A program made the translations under genes and the position numbers. DNA of 64,000 nt, from assembly GCA_020057295.1 (NCBI GenBank), contig JAGVGF010000006.1, positions 32,001 to 96,000 of the forward strand, written 5' to 3'. How positions within the stretch are numbered: position 1 is the stretch's first letter; every line of letters starts with the position of its first letter. Shown here one piece after another: positions 56,736 to 64,000 of the stretch. The notes beneath the pieces are model-generated. The model was given only the letters and a program-made list of their open reading frames with translations, made no database searches and was not told the DNA's origin. This DNA comes from an archaeon (GTDB lineage Archaea > Nanobdellota > Nanobdellia > Woesearchaeales > UBA9642).

Positions 56736-57953
56736 TTATTTCTTATAAGCTGCTTCTAGTATTCTGGAATAGTTTCTACTAATAAAATTAGAAAGATGCA
56801 ATAACGCTTCTCCGCCAATACCTGCTGTATTCAATCTTGATGTTCCATTTTCAGTTATCATAAATTGATTTACGAAGTGTCCAGATCCATCAGTTAGCCA
56901 TCTAATTGAATCATCAGTTGTTTTTTTATCTGCTTCCTTTCCACCTAGGAACATCTTTTTTGAACCATCACCATAGGTTTTTATTTCTATTCCAGCATCT
57001 GCAATTCTATTTTTTGGAAGAGATACATCTAAATGTTGTAATCCAATCTGTGGATTAAGGTGTCCGTCAACCCATTTTAGCACAACATCTATTTTTTCTC
57101 CATAAACACCTATTGCAAGATATTTTGCAGTTATTGATTTGCCATCAGTACTAATTCTTGCACGAATACGGCTCTGATCTGAACCAGATTTTAATTTTAC
57201 AATAGTTTCTCTACGACCATAAGTATCGTTATCAATATATGCTTCAGAATCTAAGATTTTTTCTAATGCATCTAAATTTAATTCTGATGAAGGATAATAA
57301 GCTCCAACATATCCTGTGAAAAAATGGAATAAAGGATACTCTCTTAAAATTGCAGCCTTTGAAGATGCATCTATTAAAGCATAAGCAAACACAGGATCTC
57401 CTACGGATAGATTTAATGGAATAGTATTTCCAATTGCGGCAGATTGTGTATGATTTTTGACAAGATGTGCAGCTTCTATATATTTTTCTTTAAATGTTTC
57501 TGTTACATCTACTTTAGCAATACTGTGTTTTAGTTGTTCAAAAAATTCTTGTGGAAGAAATCTTAACGGATAGCTTAAGCCGTATGCTTCTATAGCTGCT
57601 CTCTCAACAAGAAATTGTGATATATCTGGATGTAAGCTATCTAAATGTTGTTCAAATTTTCTAAGATTACCCATTCCTTCAAGTACAATGTCAGCTCTAG
57701 GGAAACTAAACTGTGATTCTGCTATATGATATATTTCTGCAAATGTTATAAGCTTTTTTCTTAATACATCCACACTTCCATTCATTATTTTAGCAGCATT
57801 TCCATTCATAGAACCAGATTCTAGCATATGGTCTATTCCTTTAAAACGTGTATCTTTATAGAAATCTACGGATTTTTTTAATATAGCACCAGCTACTTGT
57901 GTATCTCTTTGAAACTGTTCAAGATTCTTTAATAGTGTACTATTGTCGACCAT
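56736..57953 (-). CDS. Hypothetical protein
   Basis: 405-aa ORF, ggggt SD-like element, no recognised motif. Confidence 0.75.
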   Translation of the reverse strand: MVDNSTLLKNLEQFQRDTQVAGAILKKSVDFYKDTRFKGIDHMLESGSMNGNAAKIMNGSVDVLRKKLITFAEIYHIAESQFSFPRADIVLEGMGNLRKFEQHLDSLHPDISQFLVERAAIEAYGLSYPLRFLPQEFFEQLKHSIAKVDVTETFKEKYIEAAHLVKNHTQSAAIGNTIPLNLSVGDPVFAYALIDASSKAAILREYPLFHFFTGYVGAYYPSSELNLDALEKILDSEAYIDNDTYGRRETIVKLKSGSDQSRIRARISTDGKSITAKYLAIGVYGEKIDVVLKWVDGHLNPQIGLQHLDVSLPKNRIADAGIEIKTYGDGSKKMFLGGKEADKKTTDDSIRWLTDGSGHFVNQFMITENGTSRLNTAGIGGEALLHLSNFISRNYSRILEAAYKK

Positions 57954-58029
57954 AAAAACCCCTAAATATGTTATTACTAGAGAGTGACATCTATTTATAA
58001 ATTTATCGTTATATTCAATAATTTATAGA

Positions 58030-58398
58030 CTACAAACCTTCACGAAGAACTTCAAAATCAGAATAATCTTGCAACAATTCATCTCCTTTTTTTATATCTG
58101 TTTTGGCAAATATTTTTCCAAAAGATTTTGCATAAATATTAGGATTCTTAGAATGATTACAGAATCTAATATCGTCATGCGATAAATGCCACATATTCTT
58201 GTTTTTATCTAAATAACCATAGTGTTTAAAGAATTCTTTATACTTATCCGTAAGAATGTCAAATTCTTTTACAGAAAGCCATACATCAAGATCATGATTA
58301 GGAGTATAAACCAATTCTCCCTTAGAAATATCTTCATTAGCAAATACACCAGCGCCATGAATCCTACTCTTTCCAACCTTAATCTCTACGTGAAACAT
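58030..58398 (-). CDS. SET-domain protein
   Basis: SRIHGAGVFA, RFCNHSKNPN, IKKGDELLQDY. Confidence 0.9.
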   Translation of the reverse strand: MFHVEIKVGKSRIHGAGVFANEDISKGELVYTPNHDLDVWLSVKEFDILTDKYKEFFKHYGYLDKNKNMWHLSHDDIRFCNHSKNPNIYAKSFGKIFAKTDIKKGDELLQDYSDFEVLREGL

Positions 58399-58404
58399 AA
58401 ATAT

Positions 58405-58707
58405 CTAAGAAAGATACGCGATTAATCCATTCAAGCGTTTCTCAGGAGTTGGAAAATATTTATCAGTTTTTAATCTAGGATATTTCGTTTTTAGACCTAC
58501 ATATATTTCTCTTATTTTTTCTAAATTAGTTTTACACTCACCATAATCTTCACTAGTTATACAACTTAAACAAAGTCCCCACAGATTTTGTATTTCTCTA
58601 TCTTCACTTTTAAAATCTATTTCTAACATTTTTAGATGACGACTAACAATGTTATACTCTCCTAAAAATCCGTTCAAAAGTTCTCTAGCTTCCCTCTTAT
58701 CAACCAT
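58405..58707 (-). CDS. Hypothetical protein
   Basis: 100-aa ORF with aggtga SD. Confidence 0.65.
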   Translation of the reverse strand: MVDKREARELLNGFLGEYNIVSRHLKMLEIDFKSEDREIQNLWGLCLSCITSEDYGECKTNLEKIREIYVGLKTKYPRLKTDKYFPTPEKRLNGLIAYLS

Positions 58708-58827
58708 AAACTATCACCTAAATGTTTAATGGCAAATATACTTTAAAAATGTTTCCAAGATAATTTGTTAAAAAAAGTTAATGCTCCAGCAGATTAATGG
58801 TTATCTTTATTTTTCTTTAGAAAAAAC

Positions 58828-59544
58828 TTATTTTTTGGCAATGTTCCACAGCAATTCAAAATATGTTTTGAATGAATTGGACACAGATTTGCTCGTTATT
58901 AACGTAGCCATTGGCGTCTCTCCCCAACTTAATATGGCAACTTTTTTGCCATAAATAATCATTGTTATCGGTATTGAATACGAATCAGGCAAATATTTGA
59001 TTTCGGCATATGCTACTTTCCTTAAATCATCTTTTTGTTTTGTTGATTCAGTCGGTATTACCTTTGATTTAATATCCAATTCCTTTTTTCTGTTCTGAAA
59101 AGCAATAAAATCGTGTTTCATTATTTCCATAAATTTTCCCGAAGAGCCATATGCTATGTATTCTTTATACAGCAAAATATCATTAAGTATGGATTTTATT
59201 CCTTTTTTTCCAACATATGTTTGGGATTCTTCTACTTGTTTGGTAGAATTGTATAATCCAGAAAGTTCCGGCAATATCTCATTTGCGGCTTCTTCTTTTT
59301 CCTTTATCTGATTAAGGAATATTTTTGGGTCTGTCGCTCTGAATATTTTTCTATTTGCAGATATAGCATAACTTATCACGCCTTTTTCAATCAATCTTTC
59401 TGTCGCGTCATATGTCGCAGGTCTGTTTATTTGCGCCTTCTTGCTTAATTTACCAACTTGTGCATCTCCTATTTCTAATAACGAGACATATATTCTCGCC
59501 TCGTTTTTTGTGAGTCCTAATTTTTCTAGTTTTTCGCTTATCAT
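58828..59544 (-). CDS. TrmB-family transcription regulator
   Basis: LGLTKNEARIYVSLL...YDATERLIEKG; C-terminal effector domain FKTYFELLW. Confidence 0.9.
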   Translation of the reverse strand: MISEKLEKLGLTKNEARIYVSLLEIGDAQVGKLSKKAQINRPATYDATERLIEKGVISYAISANRKIFRATDPKIFLNQIKEKEEAANEILPELSGLYNSTKQVEESQTYVGKKGIKSILNDILLYKEYIAYGSSGKFMEIMKHDFIAFQNRKKELDIKSKVIPTESTKQKDDLRKVAYAEIKYLPDSYSIPITMIIYGKKVAILSWGETPMATLITSKSVSNSFKTYFELLWNIAKK

Positions 59545-59566
59545 TGTCGTAAATATGTTTACAACA
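59545..59566. promoter_or_regulatory. Palindromic operator candidate abutting the TrmB start
   Basis: TGTcGTAAA-tatg-TTTACaACA. Confidence 0.45.
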
Positions 59567-59627
59567 TAAATTAATATATAAGTTTAACGTTACTACTATT
59601 AAATAATTAATAAAAGAGGTAAACAAA

Positions 59628-60047
59628 ATGAAAACACAAAAAATAAACTCAGCATTCAAAATCGGAGCAATATTAATAGGACTAACAGGAACATATATTG
59701 CAGGATACTTTAACGGACAAAACAATACTGAAGAATACTATGCAAAGAAACCCGTTCCAGAGTATCATATAGAAATTAACAGACAAAAAAACCACATAAT
59801 GAGCATAGACCTGCAAACTTCAATGAATGGATTGGAACCAAACCGTATAAGAATAAATCCAGACGGAACAATCGAAGACATAACTAAAAATAATCAAAAC
59901 AGATTACAAATTACTCCGTTTGCAGATTATCAACACAAAGAACTAGGTCTGCAAGGAACATACAACTCACAGATTAATTTACAAATAAAAGAATCCAGAC
60001 TGCTAGAACACAACAGCATAGACGCAAAAGTTTGCCAATATAATTAG
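59628..60047 (+). CDS. Membrane-anchored/secreted hypothetical protein
   Basis: gaggt SD, N-terminal hydrophobic segment. Confidence 0.65.
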   Translation: MKTQKINSAFKIGAILIGLTGTYIAGYFNGQNNTEEYYAKKPVPEYHIEINRQKNHIMSIDLQTSMNGLEPNRIRINPDGTIEDITKNNQNRLQITPFADYQHKELGLQGTYNSQINLQIKESRLLEHNSIDAKVCQYN

Positions 60048-60084
60048 GGAACATTGTCCCATGCAAATGTCCTGAGAGGACGAA

Positions 60085-60159
60085 TGCTCCCGCCGGGATT
60101 TGAACCCGGGTTTCTACCGTGAGAGGGTAGAGTGATTGACCGGTCTACACTACAGGAGC
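60085..60159 (-). tRNA. tRNA-Glu(CTC)
   Basis: GCTCCTG acceptor, CTACC-CT-CTC-AC-GGTAG, GGTTCAAATCC. Confidence 0.95.
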
Positions 60160-60347
60160 ACATTCTTAGAACTGAAAGTTGTTTTATAAATATTTCGTCG
60201 GTACGAAATAGTTTCGAACGAATTGAGAAAAGATAATTATTTATACGTTATTCAGTCGTGAAATTATAATAAATAAATTTCACTACCGTCGATAAAAATT
60301 CATAAGTCTTATAAAGAAGTGTGGCTTTCCAAGCACAGGTGATATGA

Positions 60348-60947
60348 ATGGAATTTAAGGAAATTGTACAGAAGAGATATGCTACTAAAACGTTTGATGA
60401 AAAACAAATCCCACAAAATAAAGTTGACGAATTATTAGAGTTAATAAGACTTAGTGCTTCCTCAGCAAATATTCAACCATGGAAAATAAAAATAATAAAA
60501 GATCATAAAATAAAGGAACAACTTGCACCAATATCATGGAATCAACCTCAAATAACAACATGTTCTCACCTTTTAGTATTCTGCGCAGATAAAGATGTAC
60601 AAACCAGAGTAAAAACTATTGAAAAGAATCTGATAAAGAACGGCGCAACAAATGAAAGTTTGAAAGGATATATGGAAATGATAAACGGAATAGCAACAAG
60701 AATGAATGATGAACAAAGTTTAGCATGGGCTCAAAGACAAACATACTTAGCAGTAGGAAACGCAATCAACGGAGCAAAGAGTTTAGGATTTGATTCATGT
60801 CCTATGGAAGGATTTAATGCAACAGAATATTCTAAAATATTAAAGTTGCCTGAGAATCTAGTGCCAACATGTTTAGTGCCTATAGGATATGCAACAGACA
60901 CACCAAAGCCAAAAACAAGACTACCAAAAGAAGAATTATTTTTCTAA
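60348..60947 (+). CDS. Nitroreductase family protein
   Basis: RYATKTF, SASSANIQPW, GFDSCPMEGF. Confidence 0.93.
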   Translation: MEFKEIVQKRYATKTFDEKQIPQNKVDELLELIRLSASSANIQPWKIKIIKDHKIKEQLAPISWNQPQITTCSHLLVFCADKDVQTRVKTIEKNLIKNGATNESLKGYMEMINGIATRMNDEQSLAWAQRQTYLAVGNAINGAKSLGFDSCPMEGFNATEYSKILKLPENLVPTCLVPIGYATDTPKPKTRLPKEELFF

Positions 60948-60999
60948 ATTTTTTTATAACTCTAAAAATGTAGAACACATACCGACTGTAAGAATATAT

Positions 61000-61572
61000 T
61001 TATCCGAATTTTGACAAAATCTGTCGTCCCATTTTTGCAACATACTCTTTGGTTTCTTTGCTTCCTTTAGAAGTAATGTGAATTAAGTATGTATCTTTGC
61101 AAATCCAAAGATGATAATAATAAACATTCGGCTCATTATTAATATTACCTCCATAATCGTTCACATTATTAACACGAAATCTGCTTTGATCTCCATAATC
61201 ATTCTCACTTATAAGTCCTTCAACACTATACAAGTGTAGGGAATCATATTGATATGTGCCATTCAGGGATTCAAAATTTGTAAATTTCTTCAATTCAACA
61301 ATTACTTGACTATCATTCAAATTATTAATATTATAATTACAGACACTATACTGCATCAGCGGCGAATACTCGCTAGTTTCATATTCCTCTGTTTGACACT
61401 CGGTCCCGTTGATTGTTATCCCGAGTTGTTGAAGATCTTGTTCATTAAACACCAACTCTTGAGTTCCTGATAGTGTACTGTTTGTAATTATTGTCGAATT
61501 AGATGAATTATTCACTATTGAACATCCTGTAACAAATATCAGGAAAATCCCTAAAAGTATAATCCTCTTCAT
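61000..61572 (-). CDS. Putative lipoprotein
   Basis: MKRIILLGIFLIFVTGC lipobox-like signal. Confidence 0.7.
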   Translation of the reverse strand: MKRIILLGIFLIFVTGCSIVNNSSNSTIITNSTLSGTQELVFNEQDLQQLGITINGTECQTEEYETSEYSPLMQYSVCNYNINNLNDSQVIVELKKFTNFESLNGTYQYDSLHLYSVEGLISENDYGDQSRFRVNNVNDYGGNINNEPNVYYYHLWICKDTYLIHITSKGSKETKEYVAKMGRQILSKFG

Positions 61573-61713
61573 AATACTTTTTCAATTTACGGATTTATAT
61601 ATTTTATTATAAGCGATTTTGTCATCCACAAAACCTTTGACTGTAGAATTAGTAGATGAACCCACGCAGTTCGTGAGTTCGTCACTTTTGACTCGCCTTT
61701 TTGTAAAAGGCGA

Positions 61714-61787
61714 CGGGCCATGGGAGATTTGAACTCCCGACCAACAGATTAAGAGTCTGCTGCGCTACCAGGCTGCGCTAATGGCCC
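61714..61787 (-). tRNA. tRNA-Lys(CTT)
   Basis: GGGCCAT acceptor, GCAGA-CT-CTT-AA-TCTGT, AGTTCAAATCT. Confidence 0.95.
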
Positions 61788-61867
61788 ACATCGACTAGAA
61801 TCTGAATGTGTTTTTTAAAGGTTTTGATTTGAGTAAACTTTATAATAACATATTGCTTTCAATAAAT

Positions 61868-62104
61868 ATGGAAGTCGCAGGTATGGTAATAGGAACGTTT
61901 CTGATTATGGTATTGTTCTTTTTAGCTATAGCTGCCATAGCTATACTTGCGTTAGTATTTTGGATATTAATGCTTGTTGATTCTATAAAGAGAAAATATA
62001 AAGATGATAATGATAAAATAGTGTGGGTTTTGGTAATAGTTCTATTAGGAATTTTAGGAGCAATAGTATATTACTTTGTTATTAAGAGAGATAAAAAGAA
62101 ATAA
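61868..62104 (+). CDS. PLDc_N-like small membrane protein
   Basis: FWILMLVDSIKR...KIVWVLVIVLLGILGAIVYYF. Confidence 0.85.
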   Translation: MEVAGMVIGTFLIMVLFFLAIAAIAILALVFWILMLVDSIKRKYKDDNDKIVWVLVIVLLGILGAIVYYFVIKRDKKK

Positions 62105-62160
62105 TTCTATAATTTAATTTAAGTATTTATCTATAAGTAAATAAAGGTATAAATATAATA

Positions 62161-62242
62161 CGCCGCGGCCCAGATTTGAACTGGGAAACCTTTCGGAACT
62201 GGCTCTCAAGGCCAGCGCAGTACCAGATTGTGCCACCGCGGC
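62161..62242 (-). tRNA. tRNA-Ser(TGA)
   Basis: GCCGCGG acceptor, CTGGC-CT-TGA-GA-GCCAG, long variable arm. Confidence 0.95.
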
Positions 62243-62274
62243 ATTTGATCGCTTGGTCGATCATTAAACTTTAC

Positions 62275-62350
62275 TGTGGGTGGCGAGATTTGAACTCGCG
62301 ACTTCGAGCTTATGAGACTCGCACTCTAAACCAAGCTGAGTTACACCCAC
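62275..62350 (-). tRNA. tRNA with CAT anticodon (elongator Met or Ile2; not initiator)
   Basis: GTGGGTG acceptor, CGAGT-CT-CAT-AA-GCTCG; lacks A1-U72 and the three G-C anticodon-stem pairs. Confidence 0.9.
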
Positions 62351-62413
62351 ACGGATATAAATTTATCTATGAATTAAGAACAAATGATTATTTATAAAGG
62401 TTATTTATAGAAT

Positions 62414-62809
62414 CTACATGCTTCTTAATTTTTTAGCTAAGTCTTCTAATACTTTCGGGTCAGCTTTTTTTGCTAGACAAGGATCTAAATCATTAACGTT
62501 ATTCACAGGAACAAGATGTAAATGCACATGGTCAACAGAAATTCCTTCAATAGCCAAACCTATCTTTTTAGCTTGAGTTACTTCTTTTAATTTAACAGAC
62601 AATTTTTTTGCAGTCTTAAATAATTCAGAGTAGAGTGGGTCATCAACGTCAAAAATATATTCTTGATGTTCTTTAGGAAGCAATAATGTGTGACCAGGAT
62701 GCATCGGATTAATGTCTAGAAATGCATATGTTTTTTCATCTTCATATATCTTATAACTAGGAATTTCTCCCTTGATGATTTTACAGAATATACAATCATC
62801 TTTTTTCAT
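62414..62809 (-). CDS. Canonical HIT (HinT-like) hydrolase
   Basis: DCIFCKII, FLDINP..PGHTL, HVHLH. Confidence 0.93.
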   Translation of the reverse strand: MKKDDCIFCKIIKGEIPSYKIYEDEKTYAFLDINPMHPGHTLLLPKEHQEYIFDVDDPLYSELFKTAKKLSVKLKEVTQAKKIGLAIEGISVDHVHLHLVPVNNVNDLDPCLAKKADPKVLEDLAKKLRSM

Positions 62810-62838
62810 TAAATCACCTAAATATTTGACGTAATTAA

Positions 62839-63474
62839 TTATTCTAAATATTTCTGTAAATCTGTTAATTCTAAAACCTTAGGATCATATTCTCTACGAT
62901 TTCTTCTATCGATAAGTATGCCTTTGATACCTATAGCTTTAGCTGTTTCCATGTCTGAATCTATACTATCACCGATCATTACAACATCTTCAGGCATTAA
63001 ATTATATGTGTCAATAATATTATTATAGAATTCTTTTTCATTTTTTAAAGTTCCAGTATCACAAGATAATATTATTAGATCAAAATATTCTTTAAACTTA
63101 TACCGTTCGATTACTTCTTTACTAAAGCAATCAATATTAGCCACGAGTATTAATTTATATTTACCTTTTAACTCTTCCAATGAAGATAAAGTGTCAGGAT
63201 AAAGTTTAGTTAATAATTTATTTTTATTCCATAAGCCAACTAATTTATCTATCAAATAGTCTTTAGGAACAAGATGAAATTCTTCACATACTTTAGCAAA
63301 TGCATCTTTCAATGATGCATGTGTCTGTGTCATGAAAACTTTTTCAAAACGCATTACAAAATCACTAAATGGCGCATCGATTCGTAGAATATATTTAACC
63401 TGTTTTAATGGACTTGGAAATACTCCATTTTCTACTAATGTACCTTGTAAATCAAATATTAATGCTTTAACCAT
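62839..63474 (-). CDS. HAD-superfamily hydrolase
   Basis: IFDLQGTL, MIGDSIDSD. Confidence 0.88.
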   Translation of the reverse strand: MVKALIFDLQGTLVENGVFPSPLKQVKYILRIDAPFSDFVMRFEKVFMTQTHASLKDAFAKVCEEFHLVPKDYLIDKLVGLWNKNKLLTKLYPDTLSSLEELKGKYKLILVANIDCFSKEVIERYKFKEYFDLIILSCDTGTLKNEKEFYNNIIDTYNLMPEDVVMIGDSIDSDMETAKAIGIKGILIDRRNRREYDPKVLELTDLQKYLE

Positions 63475-63510
63475 AAATAGCCCCCATTATTACGAATAAT
63501 TAGAGTGAGG

Positions 63511-63906
63511 TCAGGTTTTTAAAGTTTGCTCTTTATCCTCTTGATTCTTAAAGAACAACCATCCATTTTTAGCCTTAAGAAATTTTAATAAAGTATATCT
63601 GCCTTTTAGTTTCTTACCATGTAGGACAAATACGAATTTATTATCATGAACACTTTCCATCTCGTAAAAGCCATTATCCCATATTTTTACTGAACCTTTA
63701 CCATAGCCTTCCTTTATTTCTCCATGAAATGTTGCATAAGAAAGCGCATGATCATCTACTAATATTGCAAGTCTTTTTACACCTTCTTCAACTGATGGCT
63801 CTTTTGGAACGGCCCAAGATTTTAGAACACCATCTAATTCAAGACGAAAATCCCAATGTAAACGTGTAGCATGATGTTCTTGAACTACAAATATTAGTTT
63901 TTTCAT
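63511..63906 (-). CDS. Stand-alone LigD 3'-phosphoesterase (PE) domain
   Basis: FVVQEHHATRLHWDFRLE, KSWAVPK, RLAILVDDH, YGKGSVKIWDNG. Confidence 0.92.
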   Translation of the reverse strand: MKKLIFVVQEHHATRLHWDFRLELDGVLKSWAVPKEPSVEEGVKRLAILVDDHALSYATFHGEIKEGYGKGSVKIWDNGFYEMESVHDNKFVFVLHGKKLKGRYTLLKFLKAKNGWLFFKNQEDKEQTLKT

Positions 63907-63907
63907 T

Positions 63908-64000
63908 TTATATGAAATAGAATGCTATGGCGATTATTAAATATAATGATATTAATTGTACCCCTTCAAGCCAATTACATCTTCCATCACCTGATAAATA
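63908..64000 (-). CDS. C-terminal end of a Ca2+/H+ antiporter (ChaA/CAX family), partial (not in ORF track)
   Basis: YLSGDGRCNWLEGVQLISLYLIIAIAFYFI* matches the CAX C-terminal DGxxNWLEG motif. Confidence 0.8.
   Translation of the reverse strand, partial: YLSGDGRCNWLEGVQLISLYLIIAIAFYFI

Noticed and set aside
60062-60090. GTCCTGAGAGGACGAA resembling hammerhead ribozyme stem II plus GAA
   Set aside because: No CUGANGA core upstream and no stems I/III; better explained as a tRNA-Glu trailer hairpin.
60191-60210. Palindrome TATTTCGT-cggt-ACGAAATA beside the tRNA-Glu TATA box
   Set aside because: Single 8-bp inverted repeat with no second copy or linked regulator; too weak to call.
62161-62242. 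Possible selenocysteine or suppressor tRNA because of TGA
   Set aside because: TGA is the anticodon (reads UCA, Ser); tRNA-Sec would have a TCA anticodon and a longer acceptor arm.
62275-62350. Initiator tRNA-Met
   Set aside because: G1-C72 and no GGG/CCC anticodon stem; Met versus Ile2 identity cannot be settled by eye.
62176-62397. 73-aa plus-strand ORF (also 55446-55661 and 55526-55795)
   Set aside because: These overlap tRNA genes and are artefacts of GC-rich tRNA sequence.
63511-63906. Complete NHEJ system
   Set aside because: Only the PE domain is present; no Ku, ligase or polymerase in the window, and stand-alone PE is known in archaea.

Overview
AT-rich (visibly low-GC) chromosomal segment of an archaeon, most consistent with a DPANN lineage such as Woesearchaeota (inferred from gene content, not from a phylogeny). 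It carries archaeal ribosomal proteins uL1/uL10/P1, eL8(L7Ae), eS28, eL24 and uS10, aEF-2, aEF-1alpha, Dph5, Taw3, proteasome beta, aCPSF1, a bacterial-type ThrRS and TATA-box promoters. It also contains a type IV pilus locus (about 6.2-16.1 kb), a conserved-looking three-gene operon of unknown function behind a structured 102-bp inverted-repeat element (27.7-32.1 kb), a large S-layer-like protein, and a tRNA-rich accessory region (52-64 kb). Six tRNA genes were read directly: Ser-GGA, intron-containing Ser-CGA, Ser-TGA, Glu-CTC, Lys-CTT and a CAT tRNA. Most notable observations: (1) a bacterial Cfa plus FAD-reductase pair of the Tms/Tmp/Bfa 10-methyl fatty acid type next to a tRNA in an archaeon; (2) a eukaryote-like HPRT; (3) the TIM-barrel operon with its leader element; (4) several enzymes with substituted catalytic residues (ThyA Cys->Ser, P-type ATPase PEGL->PSAL, a tandem His-less HIT pair); (5) shared cis-motifs in translation-gene leaders and promoters. 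No rRNA, CRISPR array, transposase or integrase was seen. All calls come from motif reading only; no database search was run.
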